A stretch of 64,000 nucleotides of DNA, taken from IMG/VR virus record IMGVR_UViG_3300027782_000029, positions 96,001 to 160,000 of that record. One strand, given 5' to 3'. The notes below the pieces were generated by a model, which worked only from the letters and a program-made list of their open reading frames with translations, was not told the origin of the DNA and searched no databases. The position numbers and the translations under genes were made by a program. This DNA comes from a virus. Taxonomy: Duplodnaviria > Caudoviricetes. This document shows positions 8,959 through 18,210 of this stretch, piece by piece (the stretch's first letter is position 1; each line of letters opens with the position of its first letter).

Positions 8959-8979
8959 CCCCAAACCACAGATTTATCT
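8959..8979. repeat. 21-bp direct repeat, copy 2
   Basis: Identical to 8085-8105. Confidence 0.85.
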
Positions 8980-8995
8980 GATAGAATATACTTCT

Positions 8996-9391
8996 ATGGG
9001 AATGTTTGATTATTTTACAATAGACTATCCACTGCCACTAGAGTCATATATATTGTCTCAGTATAGGCCGTTCATTAATGCTGTTATAGATCAGGACCAG
9101 TTTCAGTCCAAGGATCTAGAGTGCTGCCTTGATAAATATTATATTGATAACAATGGGCATCTCTTTATTGACGAGAGCTCATTTGAAGATGCTGAGCCAG
9201 AGCTGAGACAGCTATATTATCATGGGCACATTACCGTCCATGCCTATGTGCCATTGACTGAAGATGACATGGATTTAAACAAAAGAATTAGGCTAGAATA
9301 TGATTTGAAATTCACTGATAGTCTATTAGTTTCTGCTACAATGTTACATCCAACAAAGGAGGAGTTAAGTGAGTTACACGGAAAATTATAA
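8996..9391 (+). CDS. Phage hypothetical protein (MGMFDY N-terminus)
   Basis: ORF downstream of a TGATAGAAT extended -10. Confidence 0.6.
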   Translation: MGMFDYFTIDYPLPLESYILSQYRPFINAVIDQDQFQSKDLECCLDKYYIDNNGHLFIDESSFEDAEPELRQLYYHGHITVHAYVPLTEDDMDLNKRIRLEYDLKFTDSLLVSATMLHPTKEELSELHGKL

Positions 9392-9596
9392 TAAGATTTA
9401 TGCGGTGATCTGTAAAGCAGATCTGCCACATGAGAAAACCCACAAAGCTGCACTTCGAATAACGGATGCATTAAATGACATATTTGTTTATACTAATAAA
9501 CAATTTCCATCTATGATGGATGAAGTAATGAAAATAGTAGAAGAGTTTACTGCTACAGTAAAACTAGGTGGGTATGACCTAGATGATAGGAATTAA
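9369..9596 (+). CDS. Hypothetical protein
   Basis: GTG start with GGAG RBS. Confidence 0.55.
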   Translation: MSYTENYNKIYAVICKADLPHEKTHKAALRITDALNDIFVYTNKQFPSMMDEVMKIVEEFTATVKLGGYDLDDRN

Positions 9597-9682
9597 TTTT
9601 GCAGGGTTTGTTAATAGAGTCCAATAAACCCTCCACCTTTGCATTAATCCAATCAAAAACAAAATCATATTAATTATATCCA

Positions 9683-9691
9683 TGATATACT
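9683..9691 (+). promoter_or_regulatory. Extended -10 promoter TGATATACT upstream of tRNA-Gly
   Basis: 12 nt upstream of the tRNA 5' end. Confidence 0.55.
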
Positions 9692-9703
9692 AGTACCAAA
9701 TAT

Positions 9704-9779
<76 letters not shown>

Positions 9780-9790
9780 AGTTAAAGAAT

Positions 9791-10225
9791 ATGAAGAAGA
9801 TAATGAGCACTGATCAAGAAAAAGAACAAAGACGAAAAGCATACCAAAAAGACTATCAAAGAAAGTGGATGAGAGACAGAAGACTTGACTGGGTTCTGGC
9901 TAATGGTCCATGTAAGCATTGTGGTTCTTCGGAAAAGCTAGAAGTAGATCACATCAAGCGTGAGTACAAGACTATGCACACTGCTTCCATATGGAGCAGA
10001 AGAAAAGAAGTTAGAGACAAAGAGTTAGCTAACTGTCAAGTTTTGTGTAAGGCTTGTCACCTAAAGAAAACTATATCAGAAGTAGACTACCCTGGTATAG
10101 TGCATGGTACATCAAATGGTTATGATCATTTTAAGTGCAGATGCGAAGAATGCAAAGAAGCTAAAAAGAATAGATCAATCGAATACAGAAGCAGAAAGAA
10201 ATACAAGGAATTAAATAATGGCTAA
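9791..10225 (+). CDS. HNH endonuclease
   Basis: CKHCG...LEVDHI...NCQVLCKACHLKKT, plus C-terminal HGT..GY....CRCEEC. Confidence 0.9.
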   Translation: MKKIMSTDQEKEQRRKAYQKDYQRKWMRDRRLDWVLANGPCKHCGSSEKLEVDHIKREYKTMHTASIWSRRKEVRDKELANCQVLCKACHLKKTISEVDYPGIVHGTSNGYDHFKCRCEECKEAKKNRSIEYRSRKKYKELNNG

Positions 10226-11228
10226 GAGAGTATTGCTCACAGGTGCTGGCGGATTCGTCGGTCACCATACTTTAGAACACATCTTCAAGACGACTGACTG
10301 GGATGTAGTTATCACTGACTCTTTCCGTCATCGTGGAGTAACAGATAGAATTACTTCTATTAATTCTTGGGAAGCAAACAGACACCGTGTTCAGCTTGTT
10401 ACACATGATCTTACTGTACCTTTCTCTGATGTAATGATAAAGGACATTGGGCACATTGATTATATTATTTCTATGGCGTCAGATTCACACGTAGATAGAT
10501 CAATCACAGACCCAGCACCATTCATTATGAATAACGTAGCACTTGTTGTTAACATGCTGGAACTTGCACGCAAGATCAAGCCAGAAGTATTCTTACACGT
10601 ATCAACAGATGAAGTGTATGGCCCTGCTCCAAAGGGGTATGCTCACAAGGAATGGGATACTATCCTTCCATCTAACCCATACTCTGGATCTAAGGCTGCG
10701 CAAGAAGCTGCATGCATATCTTACTGGCGTACCTTTGGTGTTCCAGTAGTAATTACTAACACAATGAATATTATTGGTGAGCGTCAGGACCCTGAGAAGT
10801 TTATTCCAAAGATTATGTATTGTCTTGAGAAGGATATCCCAATGACAATTCACGGCACTCCTGAGAATATTGGATCAAGATTCTACTTGCACGCAAGAAA
10901 CCAAGCTGATGCTTTAGTATTTATCTTAAAGAATCTTCCTGCAATAGATTATCCAAATGCAGATCGACCAGACAAGTATCATATTGTTGGTGAGAGAGAA
11001 ATTAATAACCTAGAGATGGCAGAACTTGTAGCAAAGTACTGGGGCAAAGAACTTAAGTTTGAGTTCCAAGACTTCCACACAACAAGACCAGGACATGATC
11101 TTCGTTATGCACTAGATGGAACAAAGCTTGCAGATGCTGGATGGGTTGCCCCAATGCCACTAGAAAAGTCTTTGGAACTAACAGTAGAGTGGACTAAGCA
11201 AAATCCACAGTGGCTCTGGAGAGATTAA
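10218..11228 (+). CDS. rmlB: dTDP-glucose 4,6-dehydratase-like NAD-dependent epimerase/dehydratase
   Basis: TGAGGFVG, SHVDRSI, STDEVYG, YSGSK, RPGHDLRY. Confidence 0.85.
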   Translation: MAKRVLLTGAGGFVGHHTLEHIFKTTDWDVVITDSFRHRGVTDRITSINSWEANRHRVQLVTHDLTVPFSDVMIKDIGHIDYIISMASDSHVDRSITDPAPFIMNNVALVVNMLELARKIKPEVFLHVSTDEVYGPAPKGYAHKEWDTILPSNPYSGSKAAQEAACISYWRTFGVPVVITNTMNIIGERQDPEKFIPKIMYCLEKDIPMTIHGTPENIGSRFYLHARNQADALVFILKNLPAIDYPNADRPDKYHIVGEREINNLEMAELVAKYWGKELKFEFQDFHTTRPGHDLRYALDGTKLADAGWVAPMPLEKSLELTVEWTKQNPQWLWRD

Positions 11229-12737
11229 TTTTTATCTCTATTAGCATAACCAAATAATAATCCAGCAGCAGCAACACCTAATGCAGTAGCACCCAAGTGA
11301 CCTCTAGTTACTTTCTGTCCTACTTCTAAAGCGTTGTCCATTAGACTGCGAGTAGATCTTGCAGCAGTTGGTGCAGTAATAGATGCAGCTACATGGGATG
11401 CCTTTGAAGCAGCTGAACCTGAATGGGTTATAGCAGCTTCAGCCCTAACTGCTCCTCCACTAGCTACTGTTTCGGCTACACCCTCTATACTTGCTGTAAT
11501 AGTTGGGGCTGCAGCCTCTGTTGCCTTAGCACTTTTTGCAAGATCTCCGTATTTTATTGGAGCATTTAATGGTTCTGGTGGAACTACTGTTGTTCTTCCT
11601 TCTGCATCTATTAGGAAGTCTCCTGGTTTTGGTTTTCGTGGTGCTTTTGGTTTTATCACTTCAGCGGACTTTGCTCCAGTATCATATTCATCCACTAAAG
11701 GAACATGCTTAGTAGCATTTGCCCTTGATACTTGAGCACCATGAGATCCAACAGTAGACTCATACCCCTCTCTCATGGCGGATATTGCTGGACTTTTTTC
11801 TATAGCTTCCATTACTGCAGGATCTTGCGAGAATGCAACGTCTGCAGGCACGCCAAAGTAGGTACCAAAGCCAGGTCTTATATCAGGATTAATATCTGCA
11901 TCTATGAAGGAATACTTTTTTATTTCTCCTCTTGAAATGCTTGCTCCTTGTGATCTCATTTGCCTTTCTTTAATATCTAAGCGAGTATCATACAAACTAG
12001 CTCCTGGCTTATAACCAGCTTCTTCCATCAATCCGTTTAGAAAAGCTATCTGCTATTCCTTCTTGTTGTCCAAGATACTTAGCATCTTCGAGTGACATCA
12101 CTCCTGGAGAGGTTGCTCTAGTTAATCTTTCCGCATCTAACGAACCCGATGCATCAGCTGCTGTGTGAAATAATTCATGAGTAAAAGTAGTAGCTATTTC
12201 TTCTGGTTGAAGTACCCCTAGTAGGTTGGGGTTTATTTGCATTCTTCCACTTCCTGGATTGTAGGCTGCTACTCCTCCTATTTGATCAGTCATTTCTATG
12301 CCAGAAAGTTTACCCAGTACATCAGAGCCGGTGACAAGTCTTGTTGAGCCGGGAATATCAAATTGTTTATTTGCAAAATCTGTTTTATCAAAAATATCTT
12401 TTAGGATATCTCCAGCTTTATTAGCTTGTGCACTAGAAGCTTTAGTGGTAAAATCTTTAACCAAGTCATCTGCTGTTTGATAGACTGGAGATTTGCCAGA
12501 AACCTCTTCTGTTACTTTAGCAGTTAAGGGAGTATTTTTAGCATCGGAGTACATTTCATCTTGAATTGCTCTGTCGCTCATTCCTCCGAATGGAGCTGCC
12601 TTATTAGAGCTCGTACTATCCTTAAGAACCTGTTCGTTCCATCTTCTATTAAATTCTGCTTTTGCTGGATCTGGATGGTTTTCATCCCTTAAAAGAGACT
12701 CAGCAACAACGTCCATTTTTTCTTCTCTTGATACCAT
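11225..12737 (-). CDS. Zincin (HExxH) metallopeptidase-like protein encoded across a +1 CGGA junction (ORFs 12009-12737 and 11225-12031)
   Basis: THELFH...EGIAD. Length is 3n+1. In-frame CGGA at 12035-12032 joins the frames. C-terminus is hydrophobic. Confidence 0.6.
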
Positions 12738-12803
12738 ATTTTATGCTCCAAATACTTTTTGTGTTACTATATATGAATAGTACCCAATGTTAGGAGATAT
12801 GTT

Positions 12804-13025
12804 ATGGCCGGAAAGAAACCAGCAAAAAAGAATATTACCAATACCCCAGAGAAGAAAAAAGAACTGCCTGGAAAAGCAGTGATGTATTTTGGAGTTCCAG
12901 GCAAAGGATTTACCTGCCCAACTTGCAATAAAACACTTATTAAAGGTATAATATATGAATACAATGGCTCTAGCTTTTGCACTAGAAGCTGCATACCTAA
13001 ACTAGAAGTCGAAGCAGTAGCTTAA
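12804..13025 (+). CDS. Small zinc-finger protein with Lys-rich N-terminus
   Basis: CPTC...FCTRSC; AGGAG RBS. Confidence 0.6.
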   Translation: MAGKKPAKKNITNTPEKKKELPGKAVMYFGVPGKGFTCPTCNKTLIKGIIYEYNGSSFCTRSCIPKLEVEAVA

Positions 13026-13039
13026 TTAAAGGATTCAAA

Positions 13040-13357
13040 ATGAAAGATTATTGGTTAGCAGAGATGCTAGAAGAGATGGAGAAGAAACTTGCTCCAGCAG
13101 AACAAGAGTTCTCTAATGCTTTAATTGCAATTGCCAAGAAGTATGGAAAGCTTTCTAATGATGATAGCAACGGTATCTGGGTTGGCTACGTTGAAGCAGC
13201 CCAGAATGAGAACGCTAGCATTGGCGTCATGTGTATCAACTGTGCCCAGTACGAAGGCTCTGGAGTCTGTAAGGTTGTAGCACAAACGGTTGAAGACGGT
13301 GGCTACTGCAGACTTGCTGCAATTCCAGATGGCGTAGTAAAGCCTGGAAGAAAATAA
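13040..13357 (+). CDS. HiPIP-like four-Cys domain protein
   Basis: CINCAQY...CKVV...GGYC. Confidence 0.55.
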   Translation: MKDYWLAEMLEEMEKKLAPAEQEFSNALIAIAKKYGKLSNDDSNGIWVGYVEAAQNENASIGVMCINCAQYEGSGVCKVVAQTVEDGGYCRLAAIPDGVVKPGRK

Positions 13358-13713
13358 TGAAAAACTATTGGCTGTCAGAATACTCTAAGAGCGAAGAACC
13401 ACAAGACGATACTCCAGAGAAAGATCCTGAAGCTAATGATGTTAAGGGTAATCTTTCTGATAGACAGCAGATGATGTATGAGAACTATGAAAGTACAGTT
13501 GAAGAGTTCGGTATGTTTAAGCAGGACTCTAAGGCAGATGGTGCTCACTATGCTCCAGCAAGTGCTAATCCTTTTAAAGAAGAAGGATTAATGTGTGCCA
13601 ACTGTGTGTTTTATATTGGTGGCGGGGCTTGCGAAATAGTCAAAGGGACTATCGAACCAGAAGCAATCTGTAAGCTCTGGATTATTCCACAAGAGCTTAT
13701 TAAGAATCAGTAA
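13357..13713 (+). CDS. HiPIP-like four-Cys domain protein (paralogue)
   Basis: CANCVFY...CEIV...EAICKLW; same MKxYWL start as the upstream gene. Confidence 0.55.
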   Translation: MKNYWLSEYSKSEEPQDDTPEKDPEANDVKGNLSDRQQMMYENYESTVEEFGMFKQDSKADGAHYAPASANPFKEEGLMCANCVFYIGGGACEIVKGTIEPEAICKLWIIPQELIKNQ

Positions 13714-14098
13714 TATTTCTTAAAGCTTCTCTTATTGCATCGTGGTCTAGTGAGTCGTCAAACCCATCCGCCCATGATTGGTGCAAAAATCCAAGTTCTA
13801 CCGATTGCTGAACGTTATTATGAATCCAGTTGTGACATATTGGGCAACATATTACGTAGTTGTCGGATGTTTGAACAACATCAGGTTGTCTATACCCAAA
13901 AAATCCGTATCTTGATTCCTTCTGGTGGGCTATCGACCCTTTTTTGGCACAGTTGGGCGAATTAACTTCACAAAGAATTTCCGGGTGTCCTGCTCTATTA
14001 AATGCCTCAAGTCGTGCGTCAATAACAGACTGAGGCATTTGAGGCCTTATTGCTTTAACTTCTTCAAAAGTATGTATGAAAAAATTTTCATCTGTCAT
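13700..14098 (-). CDS. HNH-like nuclease
   Basis: CEVNSPNC...H...DN...CCPICHNWIH. Confidence 0.6.
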   Translation of the reverse strand: MTDENFFIHTFEEVKAIRPQMPQSVIDARLEAFNRAGHPEILCEVNSPNCAKKGSIAHQKESRYGFFGYRQPDVVQTSDNYVICCPICHNWIHNNVQQSVELGFLHQSWADGFDDSLDHDAIREALRNITDS

Positions 14099-14125
14099 GA
14101 TAGTTAACTTTCCTTTTTGCCTTTA

Positions 14126-15761
14126 TTACGGGCCATAATATTTGAATCTAACAAGTCCACCGGTAGCGGCAACTAGACCATATGCTTGGTTTCTAAAGCC
14201 ACCACGACCGTAATCACTGTATGGCGAGTTACCTATTCCCGGACCGCCAGCATATGAGTCTCCATATCCGCCTCCACCGGCTCCAAATGTATTACCATTT
14301 ACGGTTACGGCTGGTCCACCATTACCGCCATATGCATAAATTATAGATTGGGTGTTATAGACCTGATAACTAAAGCCATTTCCACCTGCACCTGCACCTC
14401 CACCGTAGCCAACGTCGGAGTCTCCTATGTATCCGTATCCACCACCAGTATATGCGCTTGATGGATAATTCGATGTTCCTCCACTTGCAACACCAGAACT
14501 ACCGGCGTAGTCAGCATTATTCCAGTATCCAACACCACCGCCACCGCCGCTCATACTTACTCCTGGAAAACTTATAGTAGATGTTTCGCCCGGATTGTTG
14601 GCGCTACCACCGCCTCCAACTGTGAAAGTGAGAGACGCAGGTGCTGCTGCAGAAGAGTAGTAAGCAACCGCACCACCACCACCACCTGATCCACCCCAGT
14701 CACCGCCTCCACCACCTGCACATACTAGTTCGTAAAGAGTACCCACTGTTGGAGGAGTGAAGGACTGTTCCGAAGCAGCGGTTGCAGACTTGGCAGATAC
14801 TGCTATTGACTGCTCTGCCCCATATGTTGTGCCAGCTGCATTAACTGCTTTTGTTCTGTAATAGAATGTACCAGCAGCAAGACTTACTGCATTTGCTGTT
14901 ACTGCAGTTGCAGTTAGTGCAGTGACGGTCCCTGCTGATACTGAAGATGGATAATTTTGATTTACAGGATCAGCAATGGAAGATGTTCCATAAACAAATG
15001 TAACAGTAGTGCTTGCTCCATTAGAATTAACTGTTCCGTTAAAGGTGGCAGTACAAGAAGTGTTATATACTCTTGCCTTATAATAAACAGTAGTTCCTCT
15101 TGGCCAAGTACTTCTAGCATAAGCATTGCTTGTTGCAGCTACTTCATTAGGATAAGATCCAGAGCTTGTACCCCATACAAAGTGAGTAGTTCCAGAAGAG
15201 CCATTTAGAGTGCCAGTTCCAGTTGTTGCTCCTGATGGGTATGGATTTGTCCACGGGGAATCCGCTTGACCAGCCGTTCTTTGGAATGTTACCAAGGTCC
15301 CAAATGATTGAGTGTTAGTAGGGGCATTAGTTGTCGTTGCAGTTGGTGTTGTTGTTGCGTCTGAACCAGTAGTTGTTGTTACAGTAGCTGTTGTATATGG
15401 CTTGAAGGGTTCTGTTATTGAAGATTCTGCGCCTTTTCCAATAGGATTGACTGCTCTTATTTTAACCTTATACAATGTACCATTAGTCAATCCCGTAATA
15501 ATAAAAGAAGTCCCTGATGTCCAACTAGATGTTAGATAATCTCCGTAAGTAGCATAACTATCAGCAGAAGTAGCTAAGGCATACTCGTATCCAGTAATGG
15601 ATAATCCGACCATTAAAAGAAGGTACTATAAAATCTACCGTTGCTTGATTGTTGCCTGGTGTTATTGCTGTAGAAGTGTTAAAGAATGTTGGAGCACCAG
15701 GAACGCCACCAAGTCCAAACATACCTCGTCCACCTTGTCCCCTACCAGCTAAGAAAGGCAT
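14126..15761 (-). CDS. FN3-domain, Gly-rich tail fibre-like protein encoded across a +1 CGGA junction (ORFs 15561-15761 and 14126-15613)
   Basis: The FN3 segment VPSFNG-G-LSITGYEY is restored by reading CGGA at 15608-15605 as one residue; Gly-rich C-terminal domain. Confidence 0.75.
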
Positions 15762-15773
15762 CTTAAAATCTCC

Positions 15774-16601
15774 TTAAGCGAACTTAGATTGACTAGCAAA
15801 TACGGTGAAAGTTCCGCTGCCAGTATCGCTTGTCTTATAGATGGTTAATGTATAAACATCTGTTCCAATATTTCCTGCTGGCTTTGATCCGCCAAACCAT
15901 TTAATATTGACAGTTGCGCTTGTGTCGATAGTTAAGTAGCTACTTGCGGCAAAAGACTTAGCCGTTGGTGTAGCTCCAGAACCATTCTCTATCATTAGAA
16001 CTAAGGTGATAGCATCGACATTTGTGGTTAACAGTGATTTTAAAGTAGTGCCTGAAGAGTTTCCTGTAATATTAAATTTGAATAGATCAGCAATTGTTCC
16101 AGTGTAGTAATAAACAGCACCATCTAAAACATAAACGTTTGTTGCAATTGGTCCAATAGCAGCAGATGAAACGGTAAACTTTTCTTTTGACTGCTGAAGC
16201 ACGACTGTACTTTGAAAAGTTGAAGTTCCAGAAGACGTTAAAGGTCCAGTAAAGTTTGGCGTTGCTGCTGTTAATCCTGTTAAGCTTCCTACTGAAGTCA
16301 AAGAAGAACTTACAACAGATGAGCCTAATGAGGTAGAGGTTAAAACGTTTGCGCCATTTATTTGATATGTTTGCCCAGAAGCTATATCGAAACTATCGTC
16401 TGTTCTTAAAGTATTTGGGGTAGATCTATAAAGGTTTGTATCTGCAGTTGCAGATCCAGAAGACCAGTTTAACTTACCACCTGCATCGATGGTAAAGTTT
16501 GGAGTAGCGCTATTGTATGGTGCTATCTCTATAGCAGTGTCAGAAACTGTGCTAAATTTTCTAGCACGAATTCTATTATAAAAATTGGGCATTGGCCTCA
16601 A
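15774..16601 (-). CDS. Tail fibre-like virion protein
   Basis: Ser/Thr-rich beta repeats and C-terminal WFGGSKPAG...DVYTLTIYKT module. Confidence 0.65.
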   Translation of the reverse strand: MRPMPNFYNRIRARKFSTVSDTAIEIAPYNSATPNFTIDAGGKLNWSSGSATADTNLYRSTPNTLRTDDSFDIASGQTYQINGANVLTSTSLGSSVVSSSLTSVGSLTGLTAATPNFTGPLTSSGTSTFQSTVVLQQSKEKFTVSSAAIGPIATNVYVLDGAVYYYTGTIADLFKFNITGNSSGTTLKSLLTTNVDAITLVLMIENGSGATPTAKSFAASSYLTIDTSATVNIKWFGGSKPAGNIGTDVYTLTIYKTSDTGSGTFTVFASQSKFA

Positions 16602-16703
16602 CCAAACCTTTCTAAATTAAAATTAACCCCTCGAGATTAATCAGATAGCTATTATAGTAATTACTATTATTGCCTATCAAAGCAATATTTTTTATGATAA
16701 AAT

Positions 16704-17312
16704 GTGCTTATGCAAACAATCTCCAATAGTCCAAGATCACACTCAAAAATAACAGAACCATGGATACTGGCTGAAGACTGCTTTACTGAAGAAGAAATAC
16801 AAAGAATACAAGAATATTGTTCTACCAAAAAATTAGATAAGGCTTCTACGGTCGGGTCTAATCCATCAGCTAGAGTATCTAACAACTGCTTTAATGACGT
16901 AGATCTTGAAAATGAATGGTTTATAAGTAGAATAAATCAAGCAATAGCAAAGGTGAACGAAACATTCTATGGCTTTGATTTGTACGGATATTCATATTTT
17001 CAATATGCAGAATACGAAGGATCGGAAAATGGCAAGTACGATGCTCACACTGATTTAATCTTTGGCGAAGATAAGCCAGGCTATATGATTGACACCAGAA
17101 AACTTTCTTTAAGTTTACTTCTGAATGAACCAGAAAAAGATTTTATAGGTGGCGAATTCTTTATTCACCTCAGCGGGAATCCATCTTTACATAGATTAAA
17201 GAAGGGACAGATCATACTGTTTCCATCATTCATGCTTCACGGAGTAAATCCAGTTCTATCTGGAGTAAGAAAGTCTATTGTAATTTGGGTTGAGGGACCT
17301 AAGTTTAAATAG
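16704..17312 (+). CDS. 2OG-Fe(II) oxygenase (prolyl 4-hydroxylase / PKHD-type)
   Basis: YDAHTD (HxD), RKLSLSLLL, GGEF, HGVNPVLSGVRKSIVIW. Confidence 0.9.
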   Translation: MLMQTISNSPRSHSKITEPWILAEDCFTEEEIQRIQEYCSTKKLDKASTVGSNPSARVSNNCFNDVDLENEWFISRINQAIAKVNETFYGFDLYGYSYFQYAEYEGSENGKYDAHTDLIFGEDKPGYMIDTRKLSLSLLLNEPEKDFIGGEFFIHLSGNPSLHRLKKGQIILFPSFMLHGVNPVLSGVRKSIVIWVEGPKFK

Positions 17313-17320
17313 TAGTTTGA

Positions 17321-17660
17321 TTACTGCTGTTTTGTGACGGATCCAACAGCGTTTGTTAAGGTAATTATTGGGTAATAGCTTGGAGTAAGTGCAAGGTCTG
17401 CCTGATGTCTGGTATAACTAGATGTACTTCTTGCTGCATCTGCAGCGACAATACTACCTCCATTGGTAGTTATTATATCGTTGTTGGGGGCATTGGTGGT
17501 TACCGATATTGTAGCTGCCAAACCATTAGCAATAGCAGTATAAAAACTTTCAAAAATTGTTTCTGGACCTTCTTCATTGGAAAAGAAACGAGTTACACTC
17601 CCGCATATTCAAGATTGGACTGCAGTTATTTGATGCAACAACCCCTACTGTGGACGGCAT
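17321..17660 (-). CDS. Small virion-type protein encoded across a +1 CGGG junction
   Basis: ATG 17660 ([10 protein letters not shown]). Triplet reading stops after 28 aa; CGGG at 17603-17600 joins ORF 17321-17521. Confidence 0.65.
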
Positions 17661-18148
17661 CAGGAAAGGTCCCCAACTACTAAATAAGTATTGCTTGCTG
17701 TACAAATAATACTCGCTGATGAATATTGCGCCCTAAGTGTATAACCAGGAGTTCCAACCAAAGTTGCCCCAGAACCTTGTGCAACAACAAATGCTCCAGC
17801 ATTTAATCGGGCAAGGTCCACTCGTTGTCCAACTGAAAAACCAGTAGAACTAGTAAGGGTTAAGGTACAAGCAGCAGTATTGTAAAGCAGTTTTCCTACA
17901 CTAGCCGAAGTTAAGTTTCCTGTTGTAAATGCGGCCACTGTTTGTGCTGTTGACCAGTCTCCATTAGTCCCGTTGGTCCCTGCAGGCCCAGTAGGCCCAG
18001 TAGGTCCAGTAGGTCCAGCTACAGTAGAAGCAGCTCCTGTAGGACCTGTTGGACCTGTTGGCCCAGTCGCACCTGTTGGCCCAGTAGCTCCTGAGACAAT
18101 TGGCTCCCATTGTGATGTTCCTGAATTATACTGTTTTAATACTGTCAT
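17660..18148 (-). CDS. Collagen-like (GPT repeat) tail fibre protein
   Basis: (GPT/GAT)n repeats; C-terminal module ending VGDLS. Confidence 0.8.
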   Translation of the reverse strand: MTVLKQYNSGTSQWEPIVSGATGPTGATGPTGPTGPTGAASTVAGPTGPTGPTGPAGTNGTNGDWSTAQTVAAFTTGNLTSASVGKLLYNTAACTLTLTSSTGFSVGQRVDLARLNAGAFVVAQGSGATLVGTPGYTLRAQYSSASIICTASNTYLVVGDLS

Positions 18149-18210
18149 GATTTAACTCCATAAAGATTGATAAATGTTATGCATTATATTTTATCATATT
18201 ATTTGCTACG

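Noticed and set aside
9598-9640. Possible extra tRNA/ncRNA upstream of tRNA-Gly
   Set aside because: Only a single AGGGTTT/AAACCCT stem is present and there is no cloverleaf.
12041-12047. UUU-U slippery site as the cause of the 12.0-kb frameshift
   Set aside because: It is possible locally, but no such run exists at the other six sites, whereas CGGR is shared by all.
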